This document shows, piece after piece, positions 1-8,162 of a stretch of DNA of 64,000 nucleotides. This DNA comes from an uncultured bacterium (GTDB lineage: Bacteria > Acidobacteriota > Thermoanaerobaculia > Multivoradales > JAHZIX01). A model generated the notes under the pieces. It had not been told where the DNA came from and ran no database searches. It saw only the letters and a program-made list of their open reading frames with translations. Numbering within the stretch: position 1 is the stretch's first letter; every line of letters begins with the position of its first letter. Made by a program: the position numbers and the translations under genes. The stretch covers positions 96,001-160,000 of the forward strand of contig CBDUPA010000014.1 in the NCBI GenBank assembly GCA_965368975.1, read 5' to 3'.

Positions 1-503
1 CGCGACTCGGTGCTCATGTGCATCAGGGTCTGCATGTTGTGCAGCCGGTCAGCCAGCTTGACAAGGATGACCCGGATGTCGCGCGCCGACGCCAAGATCA
101 TCTTGCGGAAGGTCTCGGCCTGCGCCTGATCACGCCGCACATAAGAGTGCTTGCTGATCTTGGTGACACCGTCGACCACCTCGGTAATGTCGGCGCCCGC
201 CAGCTCTTCGACCGCCTCGCGCTCGGCCAGCGTGTCTTCGAGCACATCGTGCAGCAGACCGGCGGCGACGCACGTCTCGTCGAACTTGAGATCGGCCAGC
301 AGGTACGAGACCGCCAGCGGATGCGTCATGTACGGCTCACCCGAGCGCCGCTTCTGATCCTTGTGCTTGTCCGCGGAGAAGTCGTACACACGGCGTAGAA
401 AGTCGGCGTCGTACTCCTTGCCATTGTCCTGCAAACGAGCCAAGACCTGATCGAGAGACTCGACCGTCGGCGCGTGCACGGGCGGCGGCAAGGTTAGCAG
501 CAT
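1..503 (-). CDS. rel: RelA/SpoT family (p)ppGpp synthetase/hydrolase, N-terminal part (runs off window)
   Basis: Hand translation from ATG at 503: ...HKDQKRRSGEPYMTHPLAV...AGLLHDVLEDT...VDGVTKI...FRKMILASARDIRVILVKLADRLHNMQTL. Intact HD hydrolase motifs. Not in the ORF track because it is truncated. Confidence 0.95.
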   Translation of the reverse strand, partial: MLLTLPPPVHAPTVESLDQVLARLQDNGKEYDADFLRRVYDFSADKHKDQKRRSGEPYMTHPLAVSYLLADLKFDETCVAAGLLHDVLEDTLAEREAVEELAGADITEVVDGVTKISKHSYVRRDQAQAETFRKMILASARDIRVILVKLADRLHNMQTLMHMSTES

Positions 504-593
504 GGCGGTTGAGTATACCCCGAAGCACCGTCATGACGATACGCTGCAAATCGTTCCAATCCGGACGCCCGTGGGCCGCGCTAAGATGCAGGC

Positions 594-1853
594 ATGGATC
601 CAGCTGTCGTCTTCGCGCGCCTCGGCCTGGCCCTCGCGTTGGGGTTGCTGGTGGGCCTGCAGCGACAGCGCTCGGAATCAGAGCTGGCAGGCATCCGCAC
701 CTTCCCGCTCGCCACTGCTTTCGGCACCGTCTGCGGCCTTCTGGCACTCGAGCACGGCGGCTGGGTGCTGCTGGCAGGCCTCCTGTCGATGGCCGCGGCC
801 TTGGTGGTCGGTAACGTGGCCAAGATCCGGGCCAGCGCACCCGACCCCGGCCTGACCACCGAGGTCACATTGCTGCTGATGTTCACGCTGGGCGCCTACC
901 TGGTCACCGGCCACCTGAGCGTCGCGGTGGCCTTGGGCGGCGCAATCGCGATTCTCTTGCAGTTCAAGGAGCCGATGCACCGCTGGGCGCATCAATTGGG
1001 CGACGCAGATTTCCGCGCCATCCTGCAGTTCGTGCTCATCTCGCTGATCATCCTGCCAGTGCTGCCGGATCGCGCGTATGGCCCCTATCAGGTGCTGAAT
1101 CCGCGCAATATCTGGTGGATGGTCGTACTGATCGTCGGCATGAACCTGGCCGGCTACATCGCTCACAAGCTACTCGGCGCGCGGACCGGCGCCGCGCTCA
1201 GCGGCCTCCTCGGCGGCCTCATCTCGAGCACCGCCACCACGGTCAGCACCAGCCGTCGCTCCCACGGCAAGCGAGCTTCCGTCGCAGTGGACACAGTCGT
1301 CATCCTGATCGCCAGCACGGTCGTTTTCGCCCGCGTGCTCGTCGAGATCGCAGTCGTGGCTCCGGACGCCCTGCGTCTCACAGCTCCCCCTCTAGCCACC
1401 CTGTTCGCCGTCCTCTTGTTGCTCAGCCTCGCATCTTGGCTCTGGGCACACCCTGGCAGCGACAACACCAGGACCGAGACCCCATCCGACTCCGGCAATC
1501 CGTCAGAATTGCGCACCGCCATCGTCTTCGGTGGCCTCTACGCCCTCGTCCTGTTCGCCGTCGCCGCCGCCAAACACCTGCTCGGCGACCACGGCCTCTA
1601 CCTCGTCGCCGTTCTCTCCGGCCTCACCGACATGGACGCCATCACCCTGTCCACCTCGCGCCTGATGCAAGATGGCCGCCTACCCGTCGACACCGGCTGG
1701 CGCCTCATCCTCGTCGCGTCCCTGGCCAACTTGGCGTTCAAGCTGGGCCTCGTCGCGGTGCTCGGCTCCAAGTCGCTGCTGCGTCGAGTGGGACCGCTGT
1801 TTTTGCTGGGAGGGATCGCGGGAGGGGGAATCTTGTGGTTGTGGCCAGGGTGA
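594..1853 (+). CDS. MgtC/SapB family membrane protein with C-terminal DUF4010-type domain
   Basis: GLLVGLQRQ, AGIRTF, GLTTE, GGLISSTATT and SGLTDMDAI motifs; many TM segments. Confidence 0.88.
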   Translation: MDPAVVFARLGLALALGLLVGLQRQRSESELAGIRTFPLATAFGTVCGLLALEHGGWVLLAGLLSMAAALVVGNVAKIRASAPDPGLTTEVTLLLMFTLGAYLVTGHLSVAVALGGAIAILLQFKEPMHRWAHQLGDADFRAILQFVLISLIILPVLPDRAYGPYQVLNPRNIWWMVVLIVGMNLAGYIAHKLLGARTGAALSGLLGGLISSTATTVSTSRRSHGKRASVAVDTVVILIASTVVFARVLVEIAVVAPDALRLTAPPLATLFAVLLLLSLASWLWAHPGSDNTRTETPSDSGNPSELRTAIVFGGLYALVLFAVAAAKHLLGDHGLYLVAVLSGLTDMDAITLSTSRLMQDGRLPVDTGWRLILVASLANLAFKLGLVAVLGSKSLLRRVGPLFLLGGIAGGGILWLWPG

Positions 1854-1916
1854 AACACAGGTGCCAGCCGAATATTTCTGCCCGGTGCAAACACAGGTGC
1901 CAGCCGAATATTTCTG
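1853..1916 (+). repeat. Perfect 28-bp direct repeat AAACACAGGTGCCAGCCGAATATTTCTG (1853-1880, 1889-1916)
   Basis: Read directly; 8-bp spacer; lies just upstream of the Y1 transposase. Confidence 0.95.
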
Positions 1917-2061
1917 ACTTTTTGCCCGGTAGGCGACATGTAGCGCCCCTGGATGTCGTCTATCTACAGACAGGCCCACCCGAAAACCATCGGCTCGGGC
2001 TCGAAAGAAAAGGAGCCTGTCATGTTTACAAGTCCTCTCTCTTGCCTGGCGGAGGCCTGAC

Positions 2062-3012
2062 GTGGGTCGCCGCCTGCGTTACATCCCCGTCGGTGGTGCC
2101 CTCGTCGAAGTCACCGCTCGCACCCTACAAGGGCGATTCTTGCTGCGTCCCACTTCCTGGGTCAACGAGGCCATTGTCGGCGTCCTGGCTCGGGGCCGTC
2201 AGAGAGAGCCGAGCGTCAAGGTGCACGCGCTCGCCTTTCTCTCTAATCACTACCACCTGCTCCTCTGGGTGCCCCACGCCAAGGCGCTGAGAACCTTCAT
2301 GGAGTTCGTCAACTCCAACCTTGCCCGTGAAATTGGCAGGTTGGTGAAGTGGCGAGAGAAGTTCTGGTCGCGCCGCTACCAACACATCGTTGTCAGTGCC
2401 GAGCCCAACGCCCAGATCGAGCGACTGCGTTACATTCTGTCTCACGGCGTCAAGGAAGACCTGGTGAAGCGAGCCGAAGACTGGCCCGGTGTCCACGGCC
2501 TGGGTTGCCTGCTACGCGGCGAGAAGCTGCAAGGCTACTGGTTCGACAGGACGGCCGAGTACAAGGCACGCCTACGGGGTGAGGACTTCGAGCGGCTCAC
2601 CTACGCGACTCCGGAAGCACTGCAGCTCGATCCGCTCCCATGCTGGCGTCACCTGAGCGTCGAGCAGCGGCAGCAGCGAGTCCGGGAGCTGGTCGAGGAG
2701 ATCGAAGTCGAGCATGCTGCCCGCAGGAGAGCGGAGCGTAAGTGGGTGCTGGGAGTCCATGCCATCAAGGCCCGCGACCCGCACGAGCATCCACGAGAAC
2801 CCAAGAAGTCGCTGGCACCTTGGTTTCATGCTGGGAGTCGAAAGGTAAGACGCGAACTCAGGCAGGCGTATGAGGTCTTCTACGAAGCCTTCCGCGAGGC
2901 CACTGACGAGCTAAGAACCGGGAACCGAGAAGCTCCGTTTCCCGAGGGGAGCCACCCGCCGGCACTACCCTTCGTCGTGCCGTCCTTGCTCGCGCGACCG
3001 CAGCCAGCCTGA
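2062..3012 (+). CDS. HUH/Y1 tyrosine transposase, REP-associated (RAYT-like)
   Basis: EVTART, LSNHYHLLL (HUH), FWSRRY, LRYILSHGVKEDLV..AEDWP (candidate catalytic Tyr helix); C-terminal extension ending FPEGSHPP. Confidence 0.85.
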   Translation: MGRRLRYIPVGGALVEVTARTLQGRFLLRPTSWVNEAIVGVLARGRQREPSVKVHALAFLSNHYHLLLWVPHAKALRTFMEFVNSNLAREIGRLVKWREKFWSRRYQHIVVSAEPNAQIERLRYILSHGVKEDLVKRAEDWPGVHGLGCLLRGEKLQGYWFDRTAEYKARLRGEDFERLTYATPEALQLDPLPCWRHLSVEQRQQRVRELVEEIEVEHAARRRAERKWVLGVHAIKARDPHEHPREPKKSLAPWFHAGSRKVRRELRQAYEVFYEAFREATDELRTGNREAPFPEGSHPPALPFVVPSLLARPQPA

Positions 3013-3438
3013 TCGCGTCGCACAACCAGATACGCTTCCTCTTCGCTGTCGCCAGCTTCAGTGCACGGGTGAGGTGTGGCCAAACGCGCCCAAGCGCAGG
3101 CACATTCCCTCCTGACTCTATGAGCCAGGCTCGGAAGGACAAGCTCGATCCAGCGTGAGGAGCGTTCTGCGCAAGCTGCCAAGCTCCCAAAGCTCGATCC
3201 GCACTCGCAAACAGATACTCCCCTGGCACCTTGAAGGGAATCTTGGACTTTCTCCGACTCCCCGAGGTGCGATAGGCTCTTGGCTGTCCATCTGGACACT
3301 CGCTCCCCCAACTCCGCCTCAATCCTTTCCTTGACCGATGACCACGAGAGCCTCGCGACGAGGCTGCCACTTCGAACCACAGCTCGATCGATCGACGCCA
3401 TCTCCCGCAGCGCGGGGATGGCCGAACAGGAGACGCCG

Positions 3439-4014
3439 ATGAACAAACCCGCACCGACCGACCATCCCGTCCACGACCTGATCCGCGATCGCTGGAGTCC
3501 GCGCGCGTTCGGCACCGGCGAGGTAGCGCAAGCACAGATCGACTCGATGATCGAAGCAGCGCGGTGGGCGGCTTCCTGCTACAACGGCCAACCGTGGCGC
3601 TACGTCGTGGGAACCCAAGGCAGCGACACCTACCGCAAGATCTTCGACGCTCTCGTCCCCTTCAACCAGGGTTGGGCACAGGCCGCTCCCGTGTTGATCC
3701 TGGCGGTAGCCAAGCTGCAGTTCGACGACGGGCGCGACAACGGCCATGCTACCTACGACACCGGCCAGGCGACCGCGCAGCTGGTACTGCAGGCCACTGA
3801 TCTGGGCCTGCGCGTCCACCAGATGGCGGGCTTTGACGCCGACAAGGCGCGCGCTGCGTTCGAGATGCCGGACGGCTTCCAGCCGATCGCCGTGTTGGCG
3901 GTCGGACAACCTGGTGATCCGTCTTCGCTACCGGAAGACCTGCAAGGCGGCGAGAACGCACCACGCGAGCGAAAGCCGGGTTCCGCCCTGATCTACGACG
4001 GCACCTGGAGCTGA
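3439..4014 (+). CDS. Nitroreductase family protein
   Basis: RWSPRAF, AARWAASCYNGQPW, YDTGQA, HQMAGFD; AGGAG RBS before ATG 3439. Confidence 0.93.
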   Translation: MNKPAPTDHPVHDLIRDRWSPRAFGTGEVAQAQIDSMIEAARWAASCYNGQPWRYVVGTQGSDTYRKIFDALVPFNQGWAQAAPVLILAVAKLQFDDGRDNGHATYDTGQATAQLVLQATDLGLRVHQMAGFDADKARAAFEMPDGFQPIAVLAVGQPGDPSSLPEDLQGGENAPRERKPGSALIYDGTWS

Positions 4015-4024
4015 ATCACAGAAG

Positions 4025-4075
4025 GCGCTACAATCTTACGGTCCGACGCCCAGGTTGTAGCGCTGATTGTAGCGC
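4025..4075. promoter_or_regulatory. Probable operator: GCGCTACAATC / GATTGTAGCGC inverted repeat plus third half-site TTGTAGCGC
   Basis: Perfect 11-bp inverted pair (4025-4035, 4065-4075) and extra copy 4055-4063, upstream of the RHH gene. Confidence 0.55.
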
Positions 4076-4141
4076 AGCCACGAAGCATTCGCACCTGAAC
4101 CACCCAGCCACCAGTCAAGTTTGCAACAGCGGAGCGTACGC

Positions 4142-4363
4142 GTGAAGACCCGAGTGACGGTGACCATCGACGACAGTTTATTGATGCTGGCCCGGCGCCA
4201 TGCCAAGGCACGGGACGAGTCGCTCTCGCAGCTGCTGGAAGCCCTGGTGGACGAGCACCTGGACAAGGACGTGGTGCTGAAGGTTCCCCTGGCACCACCC
4301 TGCCTGGAACAAGAGTGGCTCGAAGCACGAGCGAACCGGTTGGCTAAGCGCTTTCAGCGCTAG
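4142..4363 (+). CDS. Small ribbon-helix-helix (antitoxin/CopG-like) protein
   Basis: MKTRVTVTIDDSLLMLARRHA...SLSQLLEAL RHH pattern; GGAG before GTG 4142. Confidence 0.7.
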   Translation: MKTRVTVTIDDSLLMLARRHAKARDESLSQLLEALVDEHLDKDVVLKVPLAPPCLEQEWLEARANRLAKRFQR

Positions 4364-4601
4364 GCTCGAAACCCCGGCAGTCGACGACCGGCAAGCGTGG
4401 ATAGCGTGGCCAGGCGCGCTCCTTGGCACTGGCAGAGATCCCGGGCGCAGGGGTCGTATCAGCCCACGCATCCACCAAGCCGCAACGGATGAACGTCGAA
4501 CGGCCGTTGCTCATCAACCGCAGGTGACGACAGTCCGCACACAGGCCCGCGTTTGCCCGCTGCGCGTGTCGTCGCGCGGAAGTGACATCGAGTTCCGCCA
4601 T
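4344..4601 (-). CDS. Small Cys-containing hypothetical protein (putative metal-binding)
   Basis: GLCADCRH...STFIRC...PRYPRLPVVDCRGF; four Cys; downstream of the hydrolase on the same strand. Confidence 0.55.
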   Translation of the reverse strand: MAELDVTSARRHAQRANAGLCADCRHLRLMSNGRSTFIRCGLVDAWADTTPAPGISASAKERAWPRYPRLPVVDCRGFEPSAESA

Positions 4602-4642
4602 CCTGCCGGGTCCGCCCTTAGCTACTTGGACCGCGCATGGAC

Positions 4643-5692
4643 TTAAACCGCGCCATGCTGGCGTGCCCAGCGCCCCACGTGCTGGACAGCGCGCACGCCC
4701 TCGCTGAGCATGGCACCGAACATCTGCCAGCCGTGCGTCAAGCTGTCCCAAGCTTCCAGCCGCACCGAGACGCCAGCAGCGCCAGCCCGCTCCGCCAGGC
4801 GCACGGAATCGTCATACAGGATCTCTTCCGTGCCGACCTGAATCAGCATCGGTGGCATGCCGGCGAACTGTCCGAAAAGGGGCGACAGTAAGGGGTCGCG
4901 CGCATCGGCACCGTTCAGGTACGCGCCTCCCGTGCGTTCGAGCAGCCGCGGCTGCAGGACCGGATCGCGCCTCTCGCGCTCGCGCACCGAAGCGCTGCCA
5001 TGCGTCAGGTCGACCCATGGCGACATCAGCATCAACGCCGCGGCCAGCGGCACACCGTCGCGCCGGGCACGCAGCTGCGTCGACAAGCACAAGCCCCCAC
5101 CTGCCGAGTCCCCGGCCAGGGAAATGCCTTCGGTTCGACCTCCAGCGGCATCGACGATCGCCCGGTAGACAGCGTAGCAATCCTCCAGCGCTGCCGGGTA
5201 CGGCGCCTCGGGCGCTCGCCGGTACTCCACCGCCACCACACGTGCCCCGGACGACGCCGAGAGCTGGCAGCACAGCTCACGATGAGTGTTGAGCGAGCCG
5301 CTGACGAAACCACCACCGTGCAGCAGCAGCATCGCCGGGCCCTGGCCCAATGGCACCTCCGGCACATTGCCGGCCCGCACCTGCTCGACGGTCACACCCC
5401 CCAGCTGCCCGCGGTCGATGCGCGCATCCTTGGGGATCGGGTACAGCTCGGAAAACATCTCGAACTCCGAGCGAAACTGCGCGAATGGGATGTTGCCGTC
5501 GCGTTTGCGCGCCCGCTGCATCTTGAGCAAGCGGTCACGCTCCGCCGTGGCCTCAGGCGTCGGCGGCACCTCGACCACCGCTCGCGCCGGCCTACCGTCC
5601 GGCGACGGATGTGTGTAGACCAATGGAGAGGCCCCAGGCCCAACGTCCCCGGGACCGTTGCCATGATTGCTTGCATTCGACATCGACCTCAC
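4643..5692 (-). CDS. Alpha/beta hydrolase, hormone-sensitive-lipase family esterase
   Basis: HGGGF oxyanion motif, GDSAGG nucleophile, EILYDD, HGWQ. Confidence 0.93.
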   Translation of the reverse strand: MRSMSNASNHGNGPGDVGPGASPLVYTHPSPDGRPARAVVEVPPTPEATAERDRLLKMQRARKRDGNIPFAQFRSEFEMFSELYPIPKDARIDRGQLGGVTVEQVRAGNVPEVPLGQGPAMLLLHGGGFVSGSLNTHRELCCQLSASSGARVVAVEYRRAPEAPYPAALEDCYAVYRAIVDAAGGRTEGISLAGDSAGGGLCLSTQLRARRDGVPLAAALMLMSPWVDLTHGSASVRERERRDPVLQPRLLERTGGAYLNGADARDPLLSPLFGQFAGMPPMLIQVGTEEILYDDSVRLAERAGAAGVSVRLEAWDSLTHGWQMFGAMLSEGVRAVQHVGRWARQHGAV

Positions 5693-5810
5693 CCCTCCGT
5701 GATAGCATCCTGATTACTTCTTTGAGTACCGATTCTTTGCGTAAGACAACCCGCCAAGGCCCCGGCAAACGGGCCCGGAAAACGGGCCCTACAAGAGGTG
5801 AAACCCTACC

Positions 5811-7013
5811 ATGTCGCGAAGCCGCCGCACGAGCCGATCGACGCGCTCCAGCTCCCGTACAGACAGCACCAAGAAGCCCTCGACCGATGACAAGCTCGCC
5901 CCTCGACAGGCCAGCGGCGACGGCGGGTGGCCGACTCCGACGCAAGGCCCGGGGGAGACGCCCGTGGCTGTCGACGCCGATGCGCTGCGGCGGGTGGTAA
6001 CCGGCGTCTTCGAGCGCCTCGACCTGACCCCGGACGACGCCGCCGTGGCCGCAGACATCCTGGTCGAAGCCGACCTGCGCGGCATCGAATCGCACGGTGT
6101 TTCCAACTATCTCAAGCTGCTCTACGTGCCCGGCCTGCAAAGCGGCCGCATCCAGGGCCGCCCCGAGCTGACGACCGCCCACGAGACACCCGTCAGCGCC
6201 CGTCTCGACGGCGCCAAAGGACTCGGCTTGGTGGTCGGTTACCATGCCATGCGCCGTGCCATGGCCAAGGCGCGCGACGGTTTCTTCGGCTTCGTCACGG
6301 TATGCAACAGCGGTCACTACGGCATCGCCGGCTATTACGCCAGCATGGCGCTCGAAGAAGGGATGATCGGCATCTCGATGACCAACGCCGACCCGCTGGT
6401 GCTCCCGACGTTCGGCAAGGAAGCGCGCCTGGGCACCAACCCGATCAGCGTCGCGGTGCCGACCGCCGAGCGCCCACCCTACCTTCTCGACATGGCTACC
6501 AGCACCGTCGCACTGGGCAAGATCCTCAACCAGCTGCGCGGCGGCACGCCGCTGCCACAGGGCTGGGCGGCGGACGATGAAGGAATCGAGACGCACGACG
6601 CCAGCGTCGCCTGGGACGCCAAGCGCCTGCTGCCGCTGGGGGGCCAGCGCGAACAGAGCGGCCACAAAGGCTACGGCCTGGCCATGCTGGTCGACATCTT
6701 CACCGCCCTGCTCGCCGGCGGCGTGCCCAGCTACGATGTCCACCTGACGCAGCCGGTGAGCCACTTCTTCGCCGCCCTGCGCATTGACGCCTTCCGCGAC
6801 CCGGAGGAGTTCCGAGCCGACATGGACGCCTTCCTCGACCGCCTGTGTGCGACGCCGCGCGTGGCCGGCGAGGAGCGCATCTTCTACCCCGGCCTGATCG
6901 AGCACGAGACCAAGCAGCAACGCTTGCAAGACGGTATTCCGCTGCACCCACAGGTGGTCGCGGACCTACAAGGCATTGCTGACGAACTCGACGTCGACGT
7001 TCAGCTGCGCTGA
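5811..7013 (+). CDS. Ldh2 (malate/L-lactate/L-sulfolactate-type) oxidoreductase
   Basis: ADLRGIESHG, NSGHYG, LGTNPI, LDMATS, GHKGYGL motifs. Confidence 0.92.
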   Translation: MSRSRRTSRSTRSSSRTDSTKKPSTDDKLAPRQASGDGGWPTPTQGPGETPVAVDADALRRVVTGVFERLDLTPDDAAVAADILVEADLRGIESHGVSNYLKLLYVPGLQSGRIQGRPELTTAHETPVSARLDGAKGLGLVVGYHAMRRAMAKARDGFFGFVTVCNSGHYGIAGYYASMALEEGMIGISMTNADPLVLPTFGKEARLGTNPISVAVPTAERPPYLLDMATSTVALGKILNQLRGGTPLPQGWAADDEGIETHDASVAWDAKRLLPLGGQREQSGHKGYGLAMLVDIFTALLAGGVPSYDVHLTQPVSHFFAALRIDAFRDPEEFRADMDAFLDRLCATPRVAGEERIFYPGLIEHETKQQRLQDGIPLHPQVVADLQGIADELDVDVQLR

Positions 7014-7029
7014 CTGCGAGCTGCGCCAG

Positions 7030-7608
7030 CTAGCCTGCGACCAGCGACAGCAACTCGCGCGACGCCGTCTCGGCGTGCTTACCAGCGAGTTCGACGATGT
7101 CGTGCGCCCGTTCGTAGGCTGGGCAGCTCGCCTCGTAGATCGGTCGCAGCTGCTCGACGTCTTCGAGCGGATGCGGCAGGAACGGGCTGGGGTGTCGACC
7201 CTGGCGCTCTTCGCGCGCCTTGAGCTGCCATAGCGCGTTGACCAGGTCCAGCTTCAGATAGACCAGGCGCGACGCCGCCAGCACCGCATCCAGGCTGCGC
7301 GGAGCCATCAAGGCCCCCTCGCCCAGCGCAATCACCGCCGGTGGCTTGCCGTTCAGCGCGCGCCGCAACTGCTGCGACTCCAGCTGCCGCAAGCGTGTCT
7401 CGCCCTGCGTCGCCACCAGCTCCCAGATCGAGCAGCCTGCTTCGTGCTCGATCCACCGGTCGAGATCGACGAAGGTCAACCCGGTACGGCCGGCAAGCCG
7501 GTAGGCGACTTGCCGGTGCTCGCTGCCGAAGAAACCCACCACTACCAGCGGCCGCTCGAGTGCCACGGTCGCGTGATGGCTGTAGTAATCCGCAGTAGAT
7601 TCCGACAT
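7030..7608 (-). CDS. Shikimate-kinase-like protein with degenerate P-loop
   Basis: VDLDRWIEHEAGCSI, GETRLRQLE, IALGEG, RPIYE; Walker A reads GFFGSEHRQV. Confidence 0.75.
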   Translation of the reverse strand: MSESTADYYSHHATVALERPLVVVGFFGSEHRQVAYRLAGRTGLTFVDLDRWIEHEAGCSIWELVATQGETRLRQLESQQLRRALNGKPPAVIALGEGALMAPRSLDAVLAASRLVYLKLDLVNALWQLKAREERQGRHPSPFLPHPLEDVEQLRPIYEASCPAYERAHDIVELAGKHAETASRELLSLVAG

Positions 7609-7837
7609 ATCCGTGCCCTTCGTCAACCTTCGTGTTCCCGTCCTGCGGGTTTGCCGCCTGCAAACCCTTCGTCGTCGGTCGACTGCCGGTTTCATGAACC
7701 CAGCAGCCAACCCGACACAAATTCAGATTTGCCAGAAATATGAAATTATGCGCCAGCTCGAATTATCTGTAGATAACAAATACTGACTCACGTATGCTCG
7801 GGCCACGCACTTACCTCTCACTACACAGGAGAAGATC

Positions 7838-8131
7838 ATGAGTCAAAAGCAGAAGAAAATTGCCACCTGGGGTGTGGTGGCGCTGGCCGCCCTGGCGGTG
7901 GTCGTGCTCGCCGGCCTGACCTATGCGCCGCAGAGTAACGCGATTCCGATGGAACCCAACTGCAGCTACAACCAGGACAAGCACGTCACCTACTATCAGA
8001 CCATCTTCAAGGAGATGGAAGTCGGTGGCAAGATCGACTACGGCTGCTTCTGCGGTGGCAGCACAGTCACCTGGGGACAGACGTCCTCATACTCGGAGGT
8101 CACCTGTACCTCCTGCTCCTGCATGTACTGA
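7838..8131 (+). CDS. Small secreted Cys-rich protein (DUF6289-like)
   Basis: CAGGAG RBS, signal peptide, TYY...VGG..YGCFCGG...WGQTSSY...CTSCSC. Confidence 0.7.
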   Translation: MSQKQKKIATWGVVALAALAVVVLAGLTYAPQSNAIPMEPNCSYNQDKHVTYYQTIFKEMEVGGKIDYGCFCGGSTVTWGQTSSYSEVTCTSCSCMY

Positions 8132-8162
8132 GCCGCTTGATGTGCAACGGCATCGGCGCGCG

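Larger units (their letters stand above)
1853..3231 (+). mobile_element. Putative RAYT-like element bounded by inverted AGGTGCCAG-type end motifs
   Basis: Left copies AGGTGCCAGCCGAATAT at 1859 and 1895. Right ATACTCCCCTGGCACCT (3215-3231) matches their reverse complement at 14/17. Confidence 0.55.

Noticed and set aside
1853-1916. 28-bp direct repeats as a CRISPR array
   Set aside because: Only two copies with an 8-bp spacer, and no cas genes in the window.
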